Below the pieces are notes generated by a model, which made no database searches, had not been told where the DNA came from, and saw nothing but the letters and a program-made list of their open reading frames with translations. This document shows, in pieces, positions 49,852 through 61,702 of a DNA stretch of 64,000 nucleotides. Position 1 is the first letter of the stretch. Every line of letters starts with the position of its first letter. The position numbers and the translations under genes were made by a program. Origin of the DNA: Mobula hypostoma (Eukaryota); contig NC_086097.1 of assembly GCF_963921235.1 (NCBI RefSeq), forward strand, positions 80,292,001 through 80,356,000. Direction: 5' to 3'.

Positions 49852-50654
49852 CTTTAAGATTTTCTGCTTCTGAGGTTAAGTCTGAAGGAAGGGCTGAAGA
49901 CAATGAGGATGACATTCCTGTACCGAAGCTTCCTTCTTTCATTCCAATTCCTTCTCATTTCATGTTCCCAGGACTTGCAACTTTTGGATAGTGAAAGTGT
50001 GCAGCTCTTGTTTTCTCACATTCACTACATAACCACCTTGCTGTTAGTCATTATTTCAGACTTCTAACTTGATAGTACTGGAAGAGGAAAAAAAAAGCAT
50101 TAATTGATGTGTGTGTTCCTCCAGTATTTTGTGTGTGCCGTTCAAAATTCCTACATCTGCAGGATCTCTTGTGGCTTGTGTATACAGACACTGACTCAGA
50201 TACTGTGCATTATATAGAGGGAGAAACTGCATGTAGAGGGATACTAAAATTAGATTTACCATGAATGGATACAGACTGTGACACCTTTAACTAATGATTA
50301 ACAAATACAATTATTTCTGGTGTAGGAATGAGGGAGTCAATGAGATTAAAGTTTATTGTTAAGGTCAACTTCCCATGCAGTCCTTTCCCTGGTTTGAGGT
50401 TGAAATTGTGGCAGAATTCAATGAAAAGGCTGAATTCTGAAACTATGTGAGATTCATATGGGAAGAATGTTCCTTGCAGACTTTGTGTGGAGATCAATAT
50501 GCTTTTGCGCCCTCTTCTTTCAGCAGGTCATCTTGTTCTACAAGCCATCTGGCCATTCTTCCCCTCATATTACTCTCTGTAGACATTGTCTTTTTAATGC
50601 AGTAATGTTCAGGAACAGAGTGATGCGTGGAGCCAGGGAAAGGTCCTGCATACC

Positions 50655-50860
50655 TCTGGGGCGGCATAACACTCATACAGCACCAGTGACCTAGGTTCCG
50701 GTCTGTAAGGAGCTTGTACATTTTCCCTGTGACCATCTGGGTTTCCTCTGGGTTCCCCAGATTCCTCCCACAGTCCAAAGACATATGGGTTAGTAGGTTA
50801 ATTGGTCACATCAGTGTATTTGGGTGATGCACGCTTGCTGGGCTCAAAGTGCTTGTATGT
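50655..50860 (+). mobile_element. HE1/V-SINE remnant
   Basis: ggagcttgtacattttccctgtgacc..tgggtttcctctggg..ttcctcccacagtccaaagaca resembles the V-SINE central domain (from recall). Confidence 0.7.
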
Positions 50861-50924
50861 CTTAATCATATTTATCCAGCAGCGCATTATACAACCAATC
50901 AGTTCAAATCATATTTATCCAGCA

Positions 50925-51607
50925 TCACATTAGATTATGAGAACACTCAGTCCTCTTTTATTGTCATTTAGAAATGCATACATGCATTGAGAAATGATAC
51001 AATGTTTCTCCGGAGTGATATCACAGAAAACAGGACAAACCAAAGACTAACACTGACAGAACCACATAATTATGACACGTAGTTACAGCAGTGCAAAGCA
51101 ATACCACAATTAGATGAAGAGCAAACCATGGGCACGGTAAAAAAAAGACTCAAAGTCCCTGAGTTGATCGACTCCCGAGTTCCCGATAGCAGGCGGCAAA
51201 AGGGAGAAACTCCCTGCCATAAACCTTCGGGCACCGTCAACTTGCCAATACCTCGGAAGCAGCCGACCACAGCTGACACTGAGTCCATCCATCCAAAAAC
51301 TTCGAGCCTCTGACCAGCCCCTCCAATACAGCCTCCCGAGCGACATCCTCTGCCAAGCGCCTTTGACCTTGCCCCGACTGCTGAAACAAGCAAAGCTGAG
51401 GATTCGGGGTCTTCTGCTCCGGAGAATCCGGTTACCACACAGTAGCAGCGGCAGCGAAGCGGGCATTTCAGAAGTTTTCCAGATGTTTCTCCGTACTCTC
51501 ACGTCTGTCTCCATCAAATCAGGATTGTGCATGGTCCCCTACCTGACAGATTACAGATATCATTCTCCGGACAGGCCGCGCGTGCTGTCGTCGTGCTGCC
51601 ATCTTTT
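50925..51607 (-). mobile_element. CpG-rich non-coding element with an aagatggc 5' start and a LINE-like 3' end
   Basis: Minus strand starts aaaagatggcagcacgacg and ends gacaataaaagaggactgagtgttctcataatct; no recognisable coding domain. Confidence 0.55.
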
Positions 51608-52152
51608 CCTCCATTATACAACCAATTTGATCATCCTCAAAGATCGAGCCATCCTAACACTGAATACTCGGCAGCTCTGCCTTGGAAGAAAGTTCCATTT
51701 CAGGAATGCCGGAGGGTGGAACAACATCCACATCGAACATAGAGCATAAATGAAGCAGAAAACCAAAATAAGAGGACCAATGAAAACCACAGTTGTTTTT
51801 GAAATATAAGTAGTGAGAAAACTTATGTTAAGATTGTTAGAGCCAGAGATTAGACTTGCACTTAGCATTTAACATCTGCCTTGTACACTGTCTAAAAATG
51901 TGGGGGGAATAATCTCATAATGTCTGTATGTAAAGTATTGATTTCTTCATACAACTACAACAGCTAATAACACAAACTAATCAGACCGGGGTAACAATAT
52001 TCCAATATTATAAATTTCTAAATGCTTTCCTTGTATAAAATATGCATTTGGCTAAGTGTATTTTCCAGACATACTGTAGGATGTAACATCGCTATACATT
52101 AATCTTAATAAAACTGCTCATTATAAATTGTAAGTCCCAAAACCCCTCGTGC

Positions 52153-53727
52153 TTTTTTTTTTAATTTTATTTTTATTTGGATAAGGAGTTCACAATTATC
52201 ATGTACTTTTTTCACACATATAACCTTTTCCATTTTTTTATATGTATAAAACTACAATTATTTATACATTCTTAAGTACACATTGAGATGATATAAAAGC
52301 AAAATAAACATTTAAATAGATAATTATGTACTGTGGTAAATCTAACCTATTTGGCTAGGTAATGAAATTAGTTGTTAAGAAAAATGGTAATAATAGTTTC
52401 CATACAACCCTTCTGGACCATTTCCACTGGTCCAAAATGTTGCATACAAGCCTATATACCAACCATTGTAGGTGTTTATATCCCAATTTGTTCGTGCTTG
52501 TTCCTGCCCGCAGACATAATTATCCAATCCCTATGTACTTATTTACTTAATTTTTTCATTTTTTTTTATCCCTTTTCCAAATCTTTCCCTTTACTTGTGT
52601 TAATTCTCTATTTTCCAAAAAAAAACAACAACAAACATTTAGACTAGGGGTGCTTACGTTAGCAATATTACTGTGTTGATGAGAAGAGCAATATAAATCA
52701 TTAGGAGAGTCATCTAAAGTCTGCTCGCATTGGGGTTATATATTCAATCCATTTATTCCAAATTCGATAGAATGTTTCTTTTTGAGTTCTCAGGGAGTAG
52801 GTCAACTTTTCCATTTTAAATATTTCCAAGATAATTTCGTACCAATCTTCTAATGTAGGTGGTATTGGATTTAGCCATTTTCTAGTGATTGATTTCTTAC
52901 TTGCCGCTAAGAGGGCCTGTAGCAACTTTATATCTTCCTTCTGTTCAAGGAACAATACATGCCCCAAATAGAGCGTCTCAAAGTTCAGAGGTATCTGGGA
53001 CCTAAGTACCTTAACTAATGTTCTATGAATACCTTCCCAAAATAGACTTAATTTAGGGCAATCCCAGAAAATATGAAAATGATTTGCCTCCTTAGAGCCG
53101 CACCTTCTCCAACACATCACATTTGTATCTTTATATTTTTCCTGATATGGGGTCTTGAAGTATCTTATAATGTTTTTCCAACAATGTTCTCTCCAAGTCA
53201 AAGAATTAGTCGAGGACCATTGAAAGCTGCAGATTTTCCCCCAAGCCTCCTCTGAAAGTACCAACCCCGCTTCTTTTTCCCACTTCTCTTTAATATACAG
53301 TGTATTTACATTTTTAGCATGGGAGAGTGCATTATATAGGCGAGAAACTGCTTTACTAGGTATTGAACTGCAAGCCGAATTCAGAATCTTGAAAAATTCT
53401 AATTCTACTGTTGATAGGTCTGTATATCTACAACTCTGGTTAACATAGTTTCGTATTTGAAGGTACCTAAAAAAGTCATTATGTTCTAGGCCATGTTTGT
53501 CCTGCAGGATTTGGAAACTTTGTAATACTCTTTTATCTATAAATGAGAGGTAGGTTGTAAGACCTTTCTTTATCCATAGCTCAAATCTTTTATCTCCTCT
53601 GTTGGGAAGGAATTCGGTATCATATGCACACCATCTAAAGAGTTTTAGCATGTTATTAATTCCACATGAATTAACCACCTTCTGCCATACTTTTAATGTA
53701 AGATTTATCCAAGCATTATTAAATTTT
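52153..53727 (-). mobile_element. Young 5'-truncated L1/Tx1 LINE with poly(A) tail and TSD
   Basis: Open 322-aa frame 52710-53678 with CWRRCGSKEANHFHIFWDC zinc knuckle; T-tract at 52153-52162; TSD ccctcgtgctttt at 52144 and 53728-53740. Confidence 0.92.
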
Positions 53728-56700
53728 CCCTCGTGCTTTTAACTACATAATGCAGGTTTTCAACTGAAATATCCTGATGAATTGGATTTGTTCTCCCCAG
53801 AGATACACAGACTGGTCAATGTCAGCAGAAGAGATATTAAGTGGTTTGTCACTGCATAAATTATGTTATTTACCATCCTTGCATTTTTCTCAACAAAACC
53901 TTGTCTAAAAGCCTGCATAGATTGCTTGATTGGTGTCAACAATTTTCAAAGCAGCACTGCTCTAGTTTGCTTCAAATTACCAGTGGAGTATTCCTTCTAA
54001 ATGTCTTGACAGAAAAATACATATGACCAAGGGTGATAGCTTCTTCTCTAACCAAGTAAAAACTTCTGAAGAGCTGATTTATACTTTGTCCAGTTTCAAA
54101 GCATGTCACAAAATTACAAATATCACATTTTAAGGGATTATACATTTTAAATTGAAAAAGACTGTTGATTTAATTCCATGTACTATTTTATATGGGTCTG
54201 CACCATTTTGCTTCATTATAAGTCAAGTCAATGAATAACAGTCTACCTGGGGGATGGTCATAATCAATAACAGTTGTAAATTGGAGATCAATGAGGTGGA
54301 ATTGCTTCATAATTCATTGCTCTCCTAAAATTAATGCTCTCATTTCTCAATTATGTTTTTTTTTCACAGCGGCATTTGAACAAGCTGTTGACATGTTTTA
54401 CCTCTGATATCATTGTTTTACAGTACTAGGATCATACAGAACATAGTTTTATCAGATTAAATCACTGTAGATTGTTCTTACATGTAAAACACCAACTGTT
54501 TCATGGTTTGTATTTTTCTGATCAGTGATAGTCCTTCCAATGGATTTAAGAAGTGAATATTTAGAATGCAAAAAGTCAACTTTTGTACGTATAAAGCACA
54601 TAAATTTGATTTATTTGGTTAACGTTGATAGTGCACTTGTTAAATCAATTGTAGTGACAGCATTATAACAGAGTATAAAATGTAATAGCATCCTAGCAAG
54701 GGAAGCTCTTTAAGTTGTCTTTAATAATTATAGTTGGAAATTCCAACTCCTGAAAGTAAGTGTATCATAAAGTATGAGTGCTTTTTACCTCTGTCAAGTT
54801 TGGTGCTTGGATTCCAATATTAAATCAAGCAAAACATTTTGTAATGCCTTTTAGGTCTTCAGCATGATCAAGGTGCCAAACAAGGAGTTGAAGAGGAAAG
54901 TCTGCAGAACTGGGCCCATTTCCAGTGGTCTCTCCGTACCTGACTAACCCAGAACAAAGGCAAAGGTGGGACCTCTGCACCAAACAGACTTCAATTAGGC
55001 ATGGCAAGAGTGGTTGGAATTTATTCAATTATAAAAGGCCAAGTTAAAGGGCAGGTCTGCTGTCAAAATTGTGAACAGATATAAAGATTTTTAAATGCCT
55101 GACAATGCTTTTGTGTCTCTTAAACAGAGGTCAATATTCAGAACAGATGCCCTCTCCACTACTGGAAATATTTTAAATTTGGTCTTTTCTGATTCTGCAG
55201 AGTTTCACTACACATTCCCAGTGTCTACCTGTGCTTGTTCCAAGTGTCTTTGGAAGTGTAATATAGAATTTGAAGAATGAAGGAGCCTAGAACAGTGTGG
55301 CAAGTAGGAACTGGAGAAGGGTTTGAGAAACATGCACTGCACATATGTGCCTTGGAGTTTAACCCCAAATGGTAACACTTGTGGAGGTATGTAGTAGAAC
55401 TGGTACACATGAAAACAAATATATATGGCCATCTTGTGTGGTTACAGTTTGTGCATGTGTTGACAGATGTGTGGGTGTTAAGTGGTTTGTGTTAGGGCAA
55501 CTTCTGGAGTTATGGAATATAGCAAATATTAATTTCATCAGCAACCAGTCTACAGATCTGAATATGGACTGTAGATTGAGTTTAAAATGTAGCTCAGAAC
55601 AAAGGTGTTCTTAGAGCTGCAGAGTAGGGTTGATTGTAAACCAGGAAATACCCCATTGACCTGAGATCTTTGCATATGCATGAATGTAGCAACAATGGTG
55701 ATTAACACTGATATTGGGTGTGTTGGTGTGAAGATATAGGTGTTTTAAAATTATGTGCAACTCAAAGGAAGTATTATGAATGCATTGTAACGATAGAAAT
55801 TGTCCTGTTCTTACCTTTGTTCTTTAACATATAAAAATGTTATGTAATATTGAGTCAAGGATCCTCTATCCAGAGTGACTCCTAATGTTGTCATTTTGTG
55901 TGCCAAGTAAAGACTTTTATACTACCAGATGCATCTCTCCAGTGGCTTTCATTTACAGCCAAATGAGTCTCCAATTGTGTTAGAATTCCTTGACAAGACC
56001 AACACCTCACTCTGCTAAGTCTGTGTGATAGTTTGTTGTCAATAGATATCCCATGTTAAAATAATTCATCTTCCATTTCTTACACCTGGAGTGGAAGTAA
56101 AATCATCTTCAACCTCAAAGAACTATCAAAGAAGTAATTGTACCAGTAGTAGGAGCTGAGGGGCACTGGGATCTCCTCAGCTCCTAACCAATTGTTACCT
56201 TTCAACCAAACTAAAATGTCACTAAACTAAAAGATCAGTTCATTCATTTGGGCTTTTGAGTTTATTTTAAGCAAATTGACTTTTATGTTCAACAATGTAA
56301 TAGGGACAACAGTTCAAAACTAATTCATTGGTTAAGGAAGACAATAGGATACTGTCAGCATAACGATGATTCCTAAGTCTCACCAATGTCCACTAATAAA
56401 TAGCAATTAGTGTGCAGAACTTATGTTTGTAAATTTGGAGTTATTAGCATCTGGTGCCATGAGGCATAAATTTAGAGTAGATGTAGGTGGGACGTTGTTT
56501 TAAAAATCAGTTTTTCAGCGAGGTTTTTTAGTCTCTTTTCTGTTGTTAGGGAACAAGCAAGAGGATGAGAAAGATGAGACAGAAAAGCTTCATCATCTCA
56601 CTGAGTGGTGGAGCAGGTTTAAGAGTCCATGCGCCTTACTTCTGCTCCTTGTCATACATTCATATTCCGCTGCAAGACTCGGTCTCAGTTTGATTGAACA

Positions 56701-57744
56701 GTTGTTACTGTCATCGGTCTACCATCTTGTTCAGACTCAGAATAAGATGTCTGAGATACCAGATCCTTGTGCTACTGTTGATAGGTTTTCCTTTGGGAAG
56801 CACTTCTTGCAGCCTGGCAGCCAATTATTGTTGATACCTTTGAATTGATTAATGGGATGCCAGGTGCTAAGTGTATACAGCTTCCTATTATGTCACCCAG
56901 CTCTGCAATATAGGTACTGAAGCGGGAGACTTAGTGATCTATTCATAAAGAGGCTGAGTTTTTTACTAGCTGCAACAAAATAAAATTACCTCATGGAATG
57001 TGGACAACCTCTATGTTCAGAGAAAGGAATTTTAACAGACACTCAATCAAAATAAGGAACAATAAATTCACTACGAAGAAATTCTTCTGCTTTCTTCTTC
57101 AACTTAAATGAAGAGGATAAGACCAAACCTGCCTCTGCTCTCACATTCTTGGTTGGTTCACCTGTATTTCACAAGGTAAAATAAAAAAAAAACCTCGAGA
57201 AAGCTGTTCTTTTGCTTTTCTTTTGGAATTGGGAAGAAAAACCCACTCCAAATAGAACTTCAGCTGAGCACCCGATGGCAAGATATGCCTTGATAGCTTT
57301 CAATTCCTGCATGCTGGGAAATTATGCAAACTGGCACAGACTCGGAATGAACAGATGTAATTGAAAGCTCAGGATGACAGTTGGGAGATAAAAATACCCA
57401 GTTTAAATCATGGCTTTTGAAAAAAGCTAACAGTTTGAATTACAAACTTGTATGTGATGTTTTGTGAAAAGCACATCAAACTCAACAGGTAAATAAGACC
57501 CTATAATATAAAACATTGAATTTTCTTTGAGTTTTCTTAATTTAACATTTTATTTTTTAATTTATAGCTTTCCAATGTAAAAGAAATGGCAGAAGAAAAT
57601 ATTTTGAAACTGCTTTTATTTCTTTAGATTGGATCATCAATAAATTGTTCATTAAATAATTCAAAGTATATAAACTCACAGAAAGAATTGTAATGTTAAA
57701 TATATTAATATATGAAAATTTATGACAAGTTATCTTAAGTTTGT

Positions 57745-58770
57745 GAACAGAAAATGGCTGGAGGAACCCAGCAGGCCAGGCAGCATCGATGGAAAAAGTA
57801 CAGGCGATGTTTTGGGCTGAAACCCTTCGACAGGACTGGAGGAAAAAAATGCTGAGAAGTAGATTTAAAAGGTATGGGGAGGGGTGAGAAAAACGCCAGA
57901 TGATGAAAGGGGAGGGATGAAGCAAAGAGATGGAAGTCGATTAGTGAAAGAGACAGAAGGCCATGGAAGAAAGAAAAAGGGGGGAGCACCAGAGGGAGGC
58001 GATCGGTGAGCAAGGAGATAAGGTGAGAGACGGAAAAGGGAATGGAAAATAGTGAAGCAGGGTGGGGGGGGGCATTACCAAAGTTTGAGAACTCAATGTT
58101 TATGCCATCAGGTTGGAGGCTATCCAAATGGAATATAAGGTGTCGTTCCTCCAACCTGAGTGTGGCTGCATCACGAGAGTGGAGGAGGCCATGGATGGAC
58201 ATACCGGAATGGGAATGGGATGTGGAATTAAAATGGGTGGCCATTGGGAGATCCTGCTTGTTCTGGTGGACAGAGCGTAGATGCTCAGTGAAGCAGTCTC
58301 ACAAACTATGTTGGGTCTCACCGATACACAGGAGGCCACACTGGGAGTACCGAACACAGTAAATGACACCAACACAGGTGAAGTTTCGCCTCACCTGGAA
58401 GGACTGTTTGGGGCCCTGAATGGTAGTGAGGGAGGTGGTGTAGGCGCAGGTGTAGCACTTGTTCCGCTTGCAAGGGTAAGTTCCAGGAGGGAGATCAGTG
58501 GGGAGGAACAAATGGACAAGGGAGTCACATAAGGAATGATCCCTTTGGAAAGCAGAAATTGGGGGGAGGGAAAGATGTGCTTGGTGGTGGGATCCCGCTG
58601 GAGGTTGTGAGTCTGTCAAATTCTTTTTTCTCCAGTCCTGCCGAAGGATTTCAGCCCAAAATATCGACAGTACTTTTTTCCCTAGATGCTGCTTGGCCTG
58701 CTGAGTTCTTCCAGCATTTTGTGCGTGTGTTGCTTGGATTTCCAGCACCTGCAGATGTTCTCTTGTCCTT
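57745..58770 (-). mobile_element. Neptune-type Penelope-like GIY-YIG fragment with an inverted pLTR (58620-58770, +)
   Basis: GTYPCKRNKCYTC..VIYCVRYSQCGLLCIGET..HFNSTSHS..LRLEERHLIFHLDSLQPDGIN. 57745-57850 is inversely repeated at 58620-58730. Confidence 0.88.
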
Positions 58771-60305
58771 GGCTGCATAGAGAAGTTCTTAAAAGAACAT
58801 CTGAGCAACTCACACAAAATGCTGGAGGAATTCAGCAGGTCAAACAGTATCTATGGAGCAGATAAGTTAGCTGCCTGATCAGTCTGGCCTTAATTCTGAT
58901 GCGCGTGCATTCAATGGCACCTGCACTTGTAGTGGGAAACCAACCAGTCCCGTGCTACTTTTCTTCATCCCTTTCAGCAAGATGGAGTGGCACGACAGAA
59001 GCCCACACATCTTGTAGATTTTGTGGAGTAGTTTGGAAAAAGCCCCTTGCTTCTCTCTACTTATTTACTCTGATTCCTTCCACCTTGTCACTACCAACTT
59101 TCCCTTCAACCAGTCCTTTGAACACCCTGGTCAACTCTGTCATCGGGTGCTGTCACATACTTTTGACATATGCCTGCTCCCACAGTAGTGTGCAGGAAAC
59201 CTGACTCCTGACAGGATTGCTTGATTTATAAATTTATTAGGAAGAAAAAGAAATCAATTATTCAAGGAAATAAGGTTTGCCTATCCCTCTATTGGTGCTT
59301 TCTGCCCATGATATTCTTTTCCCTGTGCCTTTTCTTATCATTTTGCAGCTCTTTGAAGCCTCAGATATTTGGATGAGCATGCTGTTTCATTGCCTACCCT
59401 GTTGATAACTGAATGGGAATGTTTGGCAGAGTATGTAGGCCAGGGACTGGGGTCATTTGTCGGCTGAACCGGGTTACAATATGGCACATTTTTTTTTACC
59501 AAAGAACATGCTTAGGTATTCAGTTAGGCCTTTAGTGGCCGCTTTCACTGTCAGTTTGTTTCCATTTACAGAATTTTTTTTTACAAAACGGTGAAACAAA
59601 GCTGTGCCATCATGGGACATGAACTTTGTTATACAGATTATTAAATTGTCAGCGCAGTATCATAACCACCACACAACCGTACTTGGCTGCTAAGCTAATA
59701 AGCAAACATATCAACTTTATTTCCTGCTCTTGTATTGAGTAATTTCGCTCCTGTGAGAGGAAAGCAAATAACATGTTACTATTTAAGGAGATTTACTAGT
59801 TGGTGTCCTGTGATGTTGCACATAGGGAGTCAGCAGCAAATGTAGTAGAGATCAGAGAATCAGAAGGACCAGGGAAAGAAAATTAAAAAAAGAAATAGTT
59901 AAGAACTCCCAAATGTAGCTTCATAAGTTGTTAAAAAATCTATTTGGATATTAAAATACTTAAGAAAATTTTGGGTCATGAGAGCTCTGGATTTTTGGGC
60001 TGCAGCTCCATGTGCCAAATACCACGTGGGCCATTTGAAGTCTCTTGTCCTCAGGGTTGATCCATGGAAAATATCCTACTTTTGGAGATAGGAGAGGGAG
60101 AGGTGGAAAACAGACACTACTAGAATGAAGTAAAGGGAGCAGGGGATTGTAACATGTGAATGCATAGGAATGGGTACAGTGACAAAGATGGGGAGAAGCT
60201 TAGTGGAAGGGTTGACAGCAAAGGGGTTCAGGTCACTTCGAAAATCCCACTAGAAATGTCACTTGTTCTTTGTCAATCTCAAAAGATGTGGAAATGAGAA
60301 AAACA

Positions 60306-60384
60306 TATAGTATGCAAAAGTCTTAGGTATATAATATAGATACATAGATAGCTTGGGTGCTTAAGAGGTTTGCACAGTACTGTA
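60306..60384. mobile_element. ~80-bp Tc1-type MITE
   Basis: tatgcaaaagtcttaggtat...gtgcttaagaggtttgcacagtactgta is an imperfect inverted repeat ending in TA. Confidence 0.55.
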
Positions 60385-60794
60385 TTTGTCAATGTGGAGT
60401 GGAGAGCGAGACTGTAAATCTGATGGGGGCAAAGAATGTTGGGAATAACGAGGGTGGAGTGCCAGGGAGGGGATGTGGGACAGATGGCAGAGAAAGAGTG
60501 CCAGGGTTGTGGGTGGCACAGGTGCAGACATACCAATTCCTGAGACACCAGGCAAGGTCATCTGACTCCAAACAATTGGTTTATTGATCATCACAGAATG
60601 TCCCTCTGGTGCTTCCTGCTCCCTCTTGTCTCCCTTCTCCTTTTCCCAACCATGGTTCCCCTCTGCCTGCCCCCATCCCCCTCTCAATCCACAATAGAGA
60701 CCCAGATCAGAATCAGATTTATCATCACTCACATGTCATGATATTTTTATTTGCTGCAGCAGTTTAGTGCAATACATAAAATCACTACAGTACG

Positions 60795-60816
60795 CACACA
60801 TACATACACACACACA

Positions 60817-60899
<83 letters not shown>
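60795..60899. repeat. (CA)n microsatellite, about 50 units with interruptions
   Basis: Directly visible. Confidence 0.98.
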
Positions 60900-60901
<2 letters not shown>

Positions 60902-61149
60902 ATATGTATAGAAAATACAATGAAAGATGTTCTGGTAACCAGCACAGAAGCAAAAGTTCACGAAGCTGGTTCCAGGATGAAGAATTTGTCTAATAAGCGG
61001 TGGTTGAGGAGCTTGGGGGCTATTTTCATTGAACTTTAGGAGAAAGAGAAATAATTTCATTGAAACACACAAGACTTTTAGAAGCTGCTGTACAGGGTGG
61101 AAGGTGAGAGAATTTTATTCCCCTTCTGAAGAAGGCTAGAACTAGAAGG

Positions 61150-61700
61150 TTTGGTATATATCAATTGCAAAAAGGCAGAATGTATGGTGATATCAAAAAA
61201 GAAGGAGAATCCTATCTGCAGGCTGAGAATAAATGGAGAAGACATAAAACAAGTACAAAACTTTTGCTATTTAGGAAGCTGGGTGACATCAGATGGCAGG
61301 TGCGACATGGACATCAAAAGAAGAATAGGGATGGCAAAAGATACCTTTACGAGAATGAAGAGTATACTGACCAACACTAAACTAGGCATGACAACCCACT
61401 TCAGAATACTGAAATGTTACCTTTATCCAGTTATGTTATATGGTTCAGAATGTTGGACAATATCTAGTAATATAAGGAAACGAATTGAAGCTGCAGAGAT
61501 GTGGTTTTTGAGGAGGATGCAAAGAATATCATGGACGAAACGAATATCTAAGGAGGATGTCATGAACAGAACAAACACAAAAAAAGAAATAATGTATGAG
61601 ATCATGAAAAGGCAATGTAACTGCCTGCTGCATTCACCAGCAACTTTGATGTGTGTAACTTCATTGGACCTGTGATTAGGAAAGAGGAGTTAGAATGCAT
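61150..61700 (+). mobile_element. RTE LINE 3' RT fragment
   Basis: INCKKAECMVI..IKQVQNFCYLGS..DIKRRIGMAK..MLYGSECWT..RIEAAEMWFLRRM. Confidence 0.88.
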
Positions 61701-61702
61701 GG

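Noticed and set aside
50864..50925. Short direct repeat aatcatatttatccagca
   Set aside because: Only two copies next to TE ends; probably a local duplication with no further structure.
54845..54945. Possible host exon after ttttag (similar candidates near 37390-37450, 38750-38880, 42030-42125)
   Set aside because: No convincing paired splice sites or recognisable protein similarity; cannot be supported without RNA-seq or alignment.
60736..61072. CV/HT-repeat ORFs
   Set aside because: Translation of the (CA)n microsatellite.
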